Assembly: GCA_034780895.1 (NCBI GenBank)
Contig: JAUZTB010000077.1
Coordinates: forward strand, 11,585,094-11,649,093
DNA length: 64,000 nucleotides
DNA from: Rhynchobatus australiae
Taxonomy: Eukaryota
Reading direction: 5' to 3'
Below, piece after piece: positions 24,401-37,829 of the stretch. The translations under genes were made by a program, and so were the position numbers. The first letter of the stretch is position 1. Every line of letters starts with the position of its first letter. The notes beneath the pieces are model-generated. The model was not told the DNA's origin. It saw nothing but the letters and a program-made list of their open reading frames with translations, and did not search any database.

Positions 24401-26087
24401 CTGTATTACAGAGCTTACAATCCCCAGTGGTTGCCGTGGTTTGCAAAGACTCAGAATAAAAGCAACATCTTTGCTCTGATGAATTCAGGGCATTTTAAAG
24501 TAGGCCTCTGCATGTCTGAAGATAGATAAGTAAAAATAACAGGTAGGGATCACATGGAGACACAGCCTAAACTCCTCACACTATGCTTGGCTGTTGGGTT
24601 AAAATCACCCTTTTAGAGTCCAATGCTACTTTTATCAAATATGGTATAATTTGATTATGATTATGGTAAACATTCTGAGCAATGTGCAGATGAGTCACTG
24701 ACTTTTCTCCGGGTACCTGAGTCATGCACCATCTGATGTATCCAATTGATCACTCTCCAAGTCTTCCTGGGTTTGTGCTCTCACCTTTCAATGCACACTG
24801 ATGTAATTGTCAGTGTTTTCTGTCACAAGTCTGTTTTCTGTAAGGAGAAAGGAAAAGAGTTCAGCAAATGGGAACAGAGGGATTAAGCCATCAGCCAACA
24901 GAAGGGAAAAGGTATGGAAATACAGAGCAACAACACTGAACATTTATTCACGATCATGCTCCTTTTCACAGCAAACCAGACTCAAAACTTCCGGTGCCAA
25001 GAAAATGGAGACAAAATGAATGAGTCATCACTCTAATCATGGGCAGTCAATGGTCATATTTGTGATAATACTTTTGGCATTAAAAGAATTGCACGCAAAG
25101 AATGAAATCCTTTCCTGCTGTGGGCATGATTTCACACTGCACAGATGCCTGTGGAGAAACTTGTGTTCAATCAATGATACCAAGACCTTGTGAAATTGCC
25201 ACAAACTCTTTTTGATTTTCTGGCTCTGCTGTGGTATAGTGACTTGCTCTTTCAAAAATGCAGGTATTACCTGAATGAAATGAACACCAATTGAATGATG
25301 TAATGTCTCCTGCAGAAGTCTGAAATTATTTTATTCTGTATAAATTAAAGGTAATTGTCACTTTTCAATGCATTGATGAGGCACAGCATGACTGTTACTT
25401 CTATCTATCTACCTTGGACAGATACCATTCTTTGCTCAAGCTGTAGGGGCAAAATTATCTTGCCCCTAAAATGGTTGCAGGGATTGGAATGTGGGACTAA
25501 TGCATTGTAATTGATTGCACTGCAGGCAGCACACCAATTAGTGCTGCTGCTCGTTATAATGATCTAGATGTGCAGCTAATACTAACTGTACTGTTGATTG
25601 AGTGCATGCATCAGCAGGGAGCTCAACATTCTTATATGCTTGAACTAGTTAAAGCTAGCCTGCACTGCTTAAAGGTGGTCTGCATATCATAAAGGGGTGC
25701 ACTGGAGAAGTCCAGCTGCTGCGGGTCAAATAGGAAGCAATGAAGAGCAGATTCATATAGGAGTGACAGAGCTCCATGTTACCATCGCAGCCAGGTGAAA
25801 TTGCAGCCACTTGAAATGACATCACATTGTTGCCACCACACCTTCTGCCCTCTACCAACTTATATCGAAGCTGTGAGGTCTGGAGAATGACCATCATNNN
25901 NNNNNNNNNNNNNNNNNNNGGGGTATATATGGACACCTGACAAATGTGATCAACATTGAAGGCCATTAAATAAAAAGGTGTATAGAAGTATGAATAGAAA
26001 ACAGGAAACAGAACTAGTAGTGAAACGTTGTTTATCAGACTAGAGAGAACTGTTCCCCACTGCTTTTCTTAATACATAAGAATGACA

Positions 26088-26518
26088 ATTTATGAGAATG
26101 TTGCCAGGACTTGAGGGCCTGAGTTATAGGGAGAGGTTCGGCAGGCTAGGGCTTTATTCCTTGGAATGTAGGAGACCCAGGGGTAACATTATAGAGGCGT
26201 ATAAAATCATGGGGAGCATTGATAAGTTGAATGCACACAGTGTTTTTCCCAGGGAAAGGGAATCAAAAACTAGATGGCATCGGTTTAAGGTGAGAGAAGA
26301 AAGATTTTAAAGGATCCTAAGGGGCAACTTCTTCACAGTGCTGAGACAGGTACAATAACAACATTTAAAAGACATTTGAATAAGTACATGAATAGGAAAG
26401 GTCTAGAGGGGTATGGGCCAAATGCCAGCAAATGGGACTAGCTTAGGTGGACACCTTGGTTGGCATGGACAGGTTGGGCTGAAGAGCCTGTTTCTGTGCT
26501 GTATTACTCTACGACTCT
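26088..26518 (+). mobile_element. Younger 5'-truncated CR1 inserted into the older CR1
   Basis: ORF reads RMLPGLEGLSYRERFGRLGLYSLECRR. Tail is CTGTGCTGTATTACTCTACGACTCT. Flanked by ATGACA at 26082-26087 and 26519-26524. Confidence 0.92.
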
Positions 26519-27762
26519 ATGACATGGGCGTAGGTGTAAAGGACACCACTTCCAAATTTTCATCTGACACAAAACTTGGAGGCATGGTGAATTGTGTAAT
26601 AAGATAACATATAAACTTTTTGATGAAATGGACAGACAGGTGGTAGATGAAATTTAGTCCTGAGAGGTGCAAGGTGTCACATTTTACTAGAAAGAATGAA
26701 AAGGCAATGCTAATTTGTGGACATAATTCTAAAAGGGGTTTATGAAGAGAGAGATCTGGGTACACGGAATGTATACAGTTTGTTGAAAGTGGCAGGACAA
26801 GTTGAGAAAGTGATTTAAAAAATAACAGACAAGATCTAGTCCTTTATTTATAGAGCAGAAGGATAAAGAATTTTTGATGAAACTTTATAAACACTAGTTT
26901 GGCCATAACCAGAGTCTGATGACTAGATCTGCGCACCCCATTTAAAAAAAAAGTTGCAAAGGTTCTAAGAAGGTAGCAGGAGAAATTTACTGAAATTATT
27001 TCAGGAATGAGAGACTTTACTTATTTGGAGAAGCTGGGGATGTTTCCCCTGCAACTGAGAAGAGTGCGAGGGGATCTTATAGAGCTATTTAACATCATGG
27101 AAGGTATAGATAGAGAAACTGCTCCCATTTCCAGAAAGGTTAAGAACCACAGATTTTGAATGAAGCTGATTGCCNNNNNNNNNNNNNNNNNNNNNNNNNN
27201 NNNNNNNNNNNNNNNNNNNNNNNNNNNNNNNNNNNNNNNNNNNNNNNNNNNNNNNNNNNNNNNNNNNNNNNNNNNNNNNNNNNNNNNNNNNNNNNNNNNN
27301 NNNNNNNNNNNNNNNNNNNNNNNNNNNNNNNNNNNNNNNNNNNNNNNNNNNNNNNNNNNNNNNNNNNNNNNNNNNNNNNNNNNNNNNNNNNNNNNNNNNN
27401 NNNNNNNNNNNNNNNNNNNNNNNNNNNNNNNNNNNNNNNNNNNNNNNNNNNNNNNNNNNNNNNNNNNNNNNNNNNNNNNNNNNNNNNNNNNNNNNNNNNN
27501 NNNNNNNNNNNNNNNNNNNNNNNNNNNNNNNNNNNNNNNNNNNNNNNNNNNNNNNNNNNNNNNNNNNNNNNNNNNNNNNNNNNNNNNNNNNNNNNNNNNN
27601 NNNNNNNNNNNNNNNNNNNNNNNNNNNNNNNNNNNNNNNNNNNNNNNNNNNNNNNNNNNNNNNNNNNNNNNNNNNNNNNNNNNNNNNNNNNNNNNNNNNN
27701 NNNNNNNNNNNNNNNNNNNNNNNNNNNNNNNNNNNNNNNNNNNNNNNNNNNNNNNNNNNNNN

Positions 27763-28135
27763 CATACCAGGTGGTGATGCAACCAGTCAGAATGCTCTCC
27801 ACTGTACATCTGTAGAAATTTACAAGAGTCTTTGGTGACTTACCAAATGTCATCAAACTTATAGTAAAGTAGAGCCGCTGGCATACCTTCTTCATGATTG
27901 CATTAATGTGTTGGGCCCAAGGTAGATCCTTTCAGATGCTGATGCCCAGGAACTTGAAGCTGTTCACCCTTTCCACAGCTGACCCCTCAATGAATACTGG
28001 TGTGTATTCTCCAGACTTCCCCTTCCTGAAGTCCACAATCAATTCCTTGATCTTGCTGACATTGAGTGCGAAGTTGTTGCGACACCTCTCAACCAGCCAA
28101 TCTATGTCACTCCTGTTCGCCTCCTCATCGCCATC
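27763..28135 (-). mobile_element. Rex1/Babar-clade LINE fragment
   Basis: ORFs read NNFALNVSKIKELIVDFRKGKSGEYTPVFIEGSAVERVNSFKFLGISI and KKVCQRLYF...NFYRCTVESILTGCITTWY. The 3' part is in the gap. Confidence 0.88.
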
Positions 28136-29964
28136 AATGGGCCAAATGGCCTCCTTCAATGCTGTAACTATTCTGTGATTCTATGAAAACCCACTGAAAT
28201 CCTATTAAGTGGTCTCTGTTCTGATGTTGACATTTTGATCATTACATCTGGTGGTCTGGTCTTGTACCAAAATACTTGTCCAACCACTTCTGCTTGATTC
28301 ATTGTTTGCAGCCTTTTTATTTTATGTACCTCACACACTAAGCTGTGGTCCCTGACTCACTAATTAGTCCCACCTTGCAGCTATGTGAAGCCACTTGTGC
28401 ACACACCCAACAGAGCAATGGGTCACTTGAGGAGCAGCTATTTGCATTGAAGATCACATTGCACCACTTCTCACACACTCCGTGTGTTTTCATTCACCTC
28501 CAAGACAGCTCTTGTGCAGCTATTCTGTGGTTGCCATGGGGGTTATTCAGCCTTTCCATGTCACATAGAATAAGCTCACCCACCAAAATACTGAGGAAAA
28601 CTTTGACAGTCGGATTATCCCATCCTTGAGGTTTATCTAGCTGCAAATTAATTAGTTTGTATTTTTGTGAATGTTCTAACATTGAAACATACATAAACAT
28701 TGACAAGCTATTAAAATTAATTTCATTAATTGTAAACAAGTTCTAAACTTAAAGTTACCTTTAAAAGATTAAACACATTTAACTCATTTAAGAAATAAAA
28801 TAATTATCCCTCTGCCCCACAGCGGTTCCTCTCCGTCAATAGAAATAAAGTCATTGAATCTGTGCCATGACTATCTAGACCCAAGTTTGGCTAGCAGATT
28901 CCTTACTGTAATTGCTGAGGAACTGGCACTCTGCCTCAGAGCCCCAGGAGAGATTCATTGTAATAATGCAGTCAGGAAATGAGAAACAAACATCTTTCAG
29001 AAGATATGGTACATTACATTGGTGTAGGTGTACCAAGTTTCTTGATAGTTATGCAGGGAAATGAAGCCAGTTCCATGCAGAACTGAAATACTTTTCAAGA
29101 AAATATAACTCATTTAGATAAATGAAGAAACTCATCAAATTCTTGATAGAATTCATTCCAATGACACTAAAAGACCGTAAACATTGGCAAGACTTCATTT
29201 ATTTGTAGGGAGTTGGCCATCTTATATGATGCACCCTTCATTGGTGTGCCACCTCTAACTTTCCAAACTACCAACTTTCAATAAGAGGCTAAACAATACT
29301 ACAAGATTGTAATCTCAGTTAAATAAGCAAATTGAAAAACTAATAGATATATCAAATTGATTTTGTTGTCTCTCATTTGATAAGTCTGATATTTCTTTGT
29401 CTGTGAGTTTATCTTCAATGGGAACTTACATGATAAAACTTTGGAACAGAATGAATCTCTTGTGATAAAATTAATAAAACTGTACCACATAAAGAGGAAA
29501 TTTCCACTCTTCCCTCCTCCATCTGCCTATCACCCCTCCGCACCTGGGAGATACACCAATCTTCTAGGTATTACATCTGCAAATTCAGTGTTCTCCTGCA
29601 ATTCAATTCAACAAAACAATCAAATTGTGGGGCAATGTCAAAGGATAAGTTTGGTTAACCTAAAACTGACTTCAGTGACATAGGTTCAGGCAGTTTGTCG
29701 TCGTCAACCAATTTAGACATATCAGCAGCTCTGGTTATTTTCCTGACTGATTGTCACCAAGTTTTAAAATTGTGATCATTGCTATTCTGTTCACACTNNN
29801 GACAAACCTATTTCTCGCTTATTAGTTTGGTCATAAAGCACTGCAGTCCATGGCAGGCGTAGAGATCAAAATCCCTGCAATTGCTTCAAACAAAGTAGCA
29901 CGATGAGACTGGTGATAATGTATCTTAAGTAAAATGTCATAAAGTTACTCTGTGAAAATAAGAA

Positions 29965-30105
29965 AATCAAAAGAAATGCAGATGCTGGAAATCCAAAAGA
30001 GTTCAGGATCTGAAAATGTCAAGGACCTGAAACATTGTCTGTTTCTCTTTCCACTGATGCTGCCCAACCTGCTGAACACTTCCAGTATTTTCTGTTTTAT
30101 TTCTG
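29965..30105. mobile_element. Penelope-like terminal repeats in inverted arrangement
   Basis: TGCAGATGCTGGAAATC (minus-strand pLTR end) is followed by plus-strand GGACCTGAAACATT...GATGCTGCCCAACCTGCTGAACACTTCCAGTATTTTCTG. Confidence 0.7.
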
Positions 30106-30209
30106 TTCCATCAATGCCATATTGTCAGTAAGTAATTTTATTTTAATGGGAAATTTTGATAAATATTGCCTGTACAACTGTTTTGATGATGCAAACTCCA
30201 GACAGGTCA

Positions 30210-30585
30210 TTTGGGTAGCAGTCTAGTCTTTGAGTTAGAAAGTCATAGGTTCAATTCCACTGGGGAATTGTGTACAAAGTCTGTCATGTTGTTTCAGTGT
30301 CGGTACAAAGAACACATTTTCTGGTCATTATTAAATCATTGTATACCAGAGTTTGATTTGTGCAAACTGGCTATCACATTTCTCCACTACATCAGTAACT
30401 ATACNNNNNNNNNNNNNNNNNNNNNNNNNNNNNNNNNNNNNNNNNNNNNNNNNNNNNNNNNNNNNNNNNNNNNNNNNNNNNNNNNNNNNNNNNNNNNNNN
30501 NNNNAACTATACTTCAAAAATACTTCATTGGCTACAAAACATTTAAGGACATCCTAAAGTTGTGAAAACTGGTGTAGAAATTAAA
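30210..30585 (+). mobile_element. Deu-domain SINE (SacSINE1-like), internally deleted
   Basis: tRNA-like head TGAGTTAGAAAGTCATAGGTTCAATTCCACT. Tail TGTGCAAACTGGCT...ACTTCAAAAATACTTCATTGGCT...GGACATCCTAAAGTTGTGAAA. Confidence 0.7.
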
Positions 30586-32199
30586 CTCTTTTTTATTAGT
30601 GAGCCAACTAAAAATATGTTTCCCTGTTTGAAGTTGATGCATTGCCATATTTTGTGGTCATATTGAAATGGATTTGAAGTATGTTGGAAATTTCTTGCTG
30701 GTGGAGAAATTATTAATATATAAGTTGAGTTTATAACCTTTTTCATATTTAGCATCTGGTAGTTTGTAAGAAGCAAGACTTTAAAATGTTAAGTAACAAC
30801 AGCTGGTCTCCCAGGAAAAAAAAGACATTGAAATGTCAATATCCTTCCATCTAAATGAACAAAAATACTATCAAAGCACCAATTTTGTCAGATGCCACAG
30901 TCTGTGAGGTGTCTATGACTCAGGGAATATTCTGGAAAACTAAATACCTGACCATGTGCATGGAACCCTGAATTTTCAAAGAGTGAAAACTGAACTTAAT
31001 TTACCAGCACATGGAAATTCACTTTGATATTTAAATAAATTATTCACCAGTTAGACTGTGAATTTCATATCTTTTGATCTAGGTTTCAATCACAGAACTA
31101 GTTTTGCTTGTAAAGTCAGAATGCCTGGCTGTTTAAGTATTGAAATGAGCCCAGACTCGTTAATATCTGAGAAACCTAACCAGAGAGGAGTGCCTTAGTG
31201 TAGGCATCATTGCATCAGTTGGCTCTTTCTGAGCTGTTGCCTGTCCCTTTAACAAATGCATGTTCCATAATGGAAATATTTGTGCATAATTTGTTAAATG
31301 TTAGCTTCCAAAGAACAGACTTTTCTCATTATGAATATGATGTATCTCATGCACCTCAAATTTGTGTGCAGAAGTGAGGGGTGTAATTCCTTCAACTTAT
31401 TCCTTCTTACATCAAAGCTCATCCCCACTTGCCGCCTGGTATGAGGGTGGGTTTGGAAGGTAGTAGGAAATCAAAGGGTAGCCACATTGACTGGAAAGTG
31501 GTCCTCATTTCCAGAAAGGGAAATCTCCAATGTTGCACCCCCTGCAAAGCTGCCTCCGACTTTTCCAGTTTAAAGGAAGTGCTGTCATCTTCAACATGCT
31601 GACTCTAAATAATTTGTCAGTTTATTGGTCTGTGTGATTTCTTTCAAATGGAAACTGTATCCCTTGTAAGAGTTGCCGCTTGGCCAAATGCTACATTCCA
31701 AGCTCAGTGGGCAAACTCATATGTCAGAATCCAAGCAAAATTCAGGGTTGCCTAACGACTGAACTGTTGCCAGGGTTCAACAATGGATCAGGTCAACCTA
31801 ATTGTTCACATTCTTGCAAATGTTGTGCTTAAATTTACTTGCAGCACAAAGCAGCTCCGTGACACTCTGGAACTCTGTGTCATGTTCCCTTTAATGGTGG
31901 AAGACATCCACATTCTTCTCTGAAGGGAAACAGTTTTCAACTGCTCCATTGAACTGGAATGAACAATGCAATAAATAAAGCCACAGTGCACATAAATGCC
32001 ACTGGAAGTAATTTCTCTTCTGTCCAGGTGTCAATTCTAATTCTGCTTTCCAAACAAACTCCCATAGGGGAGTTACAGCTCTAGTAGCTAGTATCTACTT
32101 ATAGGATTTACATCTGGATTGGCTTGAGAAAGAAAGACTGTGCAATCAATGTCCAGCTGAAACTAGTTTCCTGAAAGTTACTGGAGGTTCTGCATACTT

Positions 32200-32382
32200 A
32201 CAGAGGAGACTGCGGAGGCTCAGTCATTGATTGCATTTAGAACAGAGATGTGGATATTAAAGGAATCAAGGGAATAGGGATAGGGCAGGGAAACAGTGTT
32301 TGAGATGGAAGAGCAGCCATTTATTTTGTTGAATAATGGACAGGTATGGTGTACTCCTGCTCCTATTTCTGATGTGGTTATG
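32200..32382 (+). mobile_element. CR1 3' tail
   Basis: GGAGGCTCAGTCATTG...AAGGAATCAAGGGAATAGGG...TACTCCTGCTCCTATTTCTGATGTGGTTATG. Confidence 0.7.
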
Positions 32383-32739
32383 TAAGTAGTTGAAACCTAT
32401 GCCCTACTAATGTAGTCATCCTCACTTGCCTCAAAGTTGAACCCAACCAATTTTTATTCTGCTAAAACATGGTCGCATTTAGTGCTAACGCCCCACCATG
32501 CAAAAATAATAGCAAAACTGGTCAAAATCCAATTTGAAATGGCATTAAGGTGGGTAACACCCAAAAAGAAACACTAAAACAGCACCTGAGTGATTTCTGG
32601 TAGGACTTCCAGACAATTTCATTCATCTTTCTATTCCTTGCTGCAAAACCTTCAGCCCAGAAAGACACACTCGCTAGGGTAGCAACACCACAGTCTAGTT
32701 CTCATAAAGGAGAAGGGGAGAGGGTGATAAGCCCCATCA

Positions 32740-32890
32740 TCATTCAAAGGGACATTCAAGTCCCGGTCAATGAAACAGGTAGATTAGTGGAGAGGTGGGG
32801 TGCAGAAGCTGCTATGAGGTGGCTACAGTAGTCTGCACCTTTACAACTGAGCAATGCTGAAGGAAATTTCATGATCTCACAAGGTGAGAC
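32740..32890 (+). mobile_element. Decayed Myb/SANT-like exon, probably PIF/Harbinger-derived
   Basis: 32816-32884 translates EVATVVCTFTTEQC*RKFHDLTR (compare W.EVA..V...RT.EQCRKKF.DL) and ends at an AG|GTGAG donor. Confidence 0.5.
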
Positions 32891-33869
32891 TTCTCAAGCT
32901 TTTGCTGCAGTTTATGTCAGCATGATGGAAAAGGATGATAAAATCACGAGGTGTGAGCACATTGCCAGAAAAAGAAAAGGCACCCTAACCCTGACATGGA
33001 TCAGGCCAGGAAATGCTCATCCTATATAATGTCTGGCATGATTTCACATGAAAATTATGTCCATCCTGAAATACTGTGGTAAAGTTGAATTCAGACCAAG
33101 TCGTGCCAAAAATAAGCATTATATGATCCAATTTGTCAGTCAATGTGTCATTTTCTGTGCTGCTGAACAGCAAAGGAGCAAACTGACAGAGAGATAATTG
33201 AAGAAGGTTTGTTTCACAGGAGGGAAGGAGCTGCCAGGACAAGATGAGAAATGGAAGGGTAAAACTGCAACTGTGAGCAGAATTGAAAAGAAATAATTAG
33301 AGATTAATTGACTGGCCAAAGCAGAGAATCAAGACAATTATTTTGTTTAATAGTGTAAAAAGTAGTTTAATCATTCAGAAGACCTCAGTCTTATTAAGTA
33401 ACCAATAAAGAACCAGATGAATTTCTATTTTTCTGCAATATCTTGCACAAGTGTGCAGTGTTATCATCTAGTGCTGTTTACTAATTAATAACATCTTACA
33501 TTTTCATTTGTATTGCCATTTAATTTATTTGTTTTCCAATATTTTGCCAACCATGAAAGGCACAGTTCTTTTCTCCAAAAGTACTAGGGATATCTGCCTG
33601 GAAGTTTTTTTTTATTTNNNNNNNNNNNNNNNNNNNNNNNNNNNNNNNNNNNNNNNNNNNNNNNNNNNNNNNNNNNNNNNNNNNNNNNNNNNNNNNNNNN
33701 NNNNNNNNNNNNNNNNNTGCATGGAAGTTTTTTTTTATTTTATATCAGTCAGCAGAACTCTGTGAAACCCTGTAAAAGGTTTTTACCATAATAAGGCATT
33801 GTTTTATATTTGGAAAAGCTACTATTATATTCCTGAAGAATTGAGAAATAAAACCACCTAAAGACCTGG

Positions 33870-34835
33870 CATATCAATTGGACTCCCAGTCAGGATGGTG
33901 TGGAACTTTGGCGGTGGTGTTCCTAAGCACTTGCTACCCTTGGCCTTCTTGGTGGTAAAGGTTATGGATTTGGGTGGTCCTGTCAAAATAGCCCAGCGAG
34001 TAAGTGCAATGATGAAGCAATGGTGGAGGAAATGAATTTTTAGGGAAACAGATGGGGTATCAATCAACTGGACTGCTATGTCCTGAACATTGATTAACTT
34101 CTTGAATGTTGTTGAGCTGTACTCATCCAGACAGGTGGACAGTATTACATCACATTCCTGACTCGTGTCTTGTGGATGGTGGAAAGAATTCAGGACATCA
34201 GGAAGTGAGTCACTCACTGGAGCTTCCCCAGCCTTTGACCTGTTCATATCCACAGTGTGGCTAGTCCAGACATGATGTTGATGATGAGGGACTCAGGTGA
34301 TGGTAATGCCACTGAATGTTAAAAGTAAGTGGTTAGCGTCTGTCGTGGAGAAGCTCATTGCCTGGCATTTCTATGTTGTGAGTATTACTTGTCAATTCTC
34401 AACCCATGTTGAATATTTTCTGGGTCTTACTGAATTCAGGTGTGGACTGACTCATTGCTGAGGAAGTGCAAATGGAATTGAAGATTGTGCAATCATCAGC
34501 AAAGATCCGCATGTTTGACTTTACGATGGTAGGATTGTCATTGATGAAGCAGCTGAAGATGGTTGAGTCTAGGGCACTACCTGAGGAAGTAGTGTCCTGG
34601 GGCTGGGATGATTAACCACCAACAACCATACCCATCTTCCTTTGTGTGAGGATTGACAACAACCTTGGGGGCATTTGCTCCTAGATGCCCATTGACTTCA
34701 ATTTTACTCAAACGTTGTCAGACTTGGTCAAATACTGCCTTGATGTCAATCTCACCTCACCTCTGGAATTCAGCTCTTTGGTCCATGTTTAGATAATGCC
34801 TGTACTGAGGTCCAGAGCTGGACCGTCCTGGTGAA
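33870..34835 (-). mobile_element. CR1-superfamily LINE fragment (GGGCAATAAA-tail lineage)
   Basis: The minus strand reads IFADDCTIFNSI (about 34475-34510) and TFSGITIT (about 34295-34320). Homologous to 54860-55900. Confidence 0.75.
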
Positions 34836-34849
34836 ACCTTGCTTCAGAA

Positions 34850-35220
34850 AGCAGTTATGTTATAACTGAATGACATGCTGGGCCATTTAAGAGTCAACCA
34901 TATTGCGGATCTGAAGTCATATGTATGTGCCAGACCAGGTTGAGATAGTAGATTTCCTCCCCTGATAGACATGAGTAAATAAAATGTATTTTTACAATAG
35001 TCTGGTAGTTTTGCAGTCAANNNNNNNNNNNNNNNNNNNNNNNNNNNNNNNNNNNNNNNNNNNNNNNNNNNNNNNNNNNNNNNNNNNNNNNNNNNNNNNN
35101 NNNNNNNNNNNNNNNNNNNNGACGTTTTATCCCTTAAATTTGGGATGGTTACATTCCTCAGCTGCCAAGTGGGAATTTAGCCCAGGCCTCTGGATTACAA
35201 GTCAGGTGTGCCACTACCAC
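34850..35220 (-). mobile_element. tRNA-derived chondrichthyan SINE
   Basis: TTAAGAGTCAACCA...GCCAGACCAGG...AGATTTCCT and GGCCTCTGGATTACAAGTCAG. Same family as 51595-51830. Confidence 0.6.
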
Positions 35221-37829
35221 TGCTGTACAGGTTCCAGCCCATGGAGTTTAATGCTGGGAAGCTTCCTCAGATAAGTCTACTTTAAATATTTTACGTCCAG
35301 CTCACCCACCATTTTCTCATTTCCAATCCTCACCACTAATCTCAGTTTACAACAAATCCTCCCACCCCTGCTACTGATTTGGTGACAAGTCATCCAGCGT
35401 CATCCCTCACCACAGATGACTGATCAGCTGACCCAACAATTACCAACAATCCTGGGTCCAAACCTAACCCAGACTGTTGATCAGCATGCAGTACATTTCA
35501 AATCAATACTCTCATCCCTCTGATTCCATACTCTCCCCACCTCCTCCACATCCTTTGGGTGTCTCTCCAACTTTAATCCATATCCCCAATCCAGCCCTGG
35601 ATTTAACTGTTTTCCTTTGTACATCCCACCATGATGAAGGAAAGGCTTTTTTTTACTACTAAGCCTATTTCAGTTGTGCACAGTGCCCTGGGCAACGTGT
35701 TGACTTTTCCAAGAGCTTCGAATAAAGCACTCGTCAGCTCACTGTGCCCCAACATTTTAACACGTCTAAACAGGAGCCATTCACTTGCCAGGCACTGAGA
35801 TTTTCAGCTTTGAAATGGGGAATCAAATATCATTTTGATGAGCTATAAAACAGGGAAATAAATTGATCTGTGAGAGTTGGACAAAGTATTTCTTAGCTGA
35901 TACGAAGACATCTTTCTTTAAACAAAGAGAGATTTATATATAGAATTCCAAAAAGGTGAAAACCCTGCATTCTTTTAAGAGACAGATGCTGAAATAAGAG
36001 GGCAAGGATTTCTCTGGATGGATAAATGACATACTTATGTTCACATCCGATCATTGTTAGTGCCACTGGTATGCGTTTTACCAGGGCTATAATAAAGTAA
36101 ATTGTAAAAGGTTGTCTGTACAGATCTGTAACTCATTAACAAGAGTATAAATTAAAGATACTCACATAAAGAATTAAAGGGGGCAGCAGGAAAACCTCTA
36201 TGTGGTTAGAAAATGGAATACACCATTACAAAATACAGAAGTTCCTACTTTTAAAAGGGAAATAATTAAGCAAAGGAAGATTATTACAGTAAAGGAGTGA
36301 ACAGGTGATCTATACAGAGTAAAACAAAGATTTCTCAGTTGCAATTTTTTTTGATTTGAGATTCTAAAACTGATTNNNNNNNNNNTATATAACAAACAAA
36401 GGTGCAGTCACTTACAGAAAAAGTTATTACAGCATGCAAGAACGTTAATACCGCATAATTTAGTAAACAACGCATTTAATAATAGTCAAATCAACTAGGG
36501 AATGGGTTTGAACAATTGTAGAGATTTTAACCACTGGTCATCAGTTGAATGGGTTTTTGGTCTTTACATTTACATTTATAAATTGTATAATTGCTTCTGT
36601 CTTGGATAAATTGAGACATGTTTTCTGACCAGAATAGTCTAGTNNNNNNNNNNNNNNNNNNNNNNNNNNNNNNNNNNNNNNNNNNNNNNNNNNNNNNNNN
36701 GATGTTCTAAACACTTTTATCTTTCCAGTAACACTTGCATATTTTGAACTATTACAGAGCAGGATATTCAATCTGATACTCAGCAACACTCTGTTTAAAC
36801 TTGGTTTACATCCTCCGTGAGCTACTAGTTGCTGTAAAATTACTGGCAAGTTTTTCCATGTCCTATAATTTGCATGTTATCCTATCCAGTTCATGGGAAG
36901 ACACTTATTGTTCATCTTGCCTTTGAGGAGAGGTGCAATTTATGATTAGACCAGCTTCTAACAGCAGGGCCAAACCTTTGCATATCTTTTATTACTCTGA
37001 TGATGGTGTATTCAGTCTCAAGCCAAATACTGAATAATAATAAAATATAACTTGGGATCAAGGTGATAAATCAGACTTGAAGCTTGCCAGGATTGCATAT
37101 TGTACTTTAAAAGCATATGATTTTGATTTGACACAAATATGGAGGATAAAGCTGTTTAGATCCTGTGAAATAAGATCAGTGACTGCAGTCTTATAATCCC
37201 CAGTTGTACAAGTAAATGGACAATAATAAATATAATAGGGGACTAATAGAGAAGTGTTTGGGGAATCAGGTTTGATAACAACATAACTCAATTATTTACT
37301 GCCTTGTATAAATTACATTATTGTGTTCATACAATAAAGAATTCTGAGAATTTTACCACAGATAAAGACCTGCATGTTATCTTTAAAACAGAAAATATTA
37401 GACCTAACAATGAAGAAACCTAAATGGCAATATGGTGAATAATGATATACTGGAGAGTGTGGAATAGTCAATGTAACAATACAAATAAATTACCAAGTTA
37501 TTATCTTATCTTGTTTAGGTTATATGGTATAACAGTTGTCACTGGACAGAAATAAAATACTGTGACTGTGATATAAGAACAGAATGGAATTAGATCTGGA
37601 GACATTGTGGAGAGGGAAACAAATTTATTCTCCCCTTATCCATAATCTGGTACAAACTTCTAATTCAACTAAGTGGAAGCATAGGAGTAAAGACCAAATC
37701 TTTCTATTGTGTACTTGTCGACTCGACATCCAGTACACAATTTCCAATCATGGCCATTGCTCCCACATTGTTAATGGTTCAGTTGTTGGCATTTACTGCT
37801 CCTACAGACCCAACATTTCTTTACTTCAA

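Larger units (their letters stand above)
25920..28185 (+). mobile_element. Old CR1 LINE hosting two nested insertions
   Basis: Removing the inner element joins PLLFLIHKND to MGVGVKDTTSKFSSDTKLGG (RT motif). It continues to LEKLGMFPLQLRRVRGDLIE, and the tail GGGCCAAATGGCCTCCT...TTCTGTGATTCTATGA resumes at 28136-28186. Confidence 0.8.
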
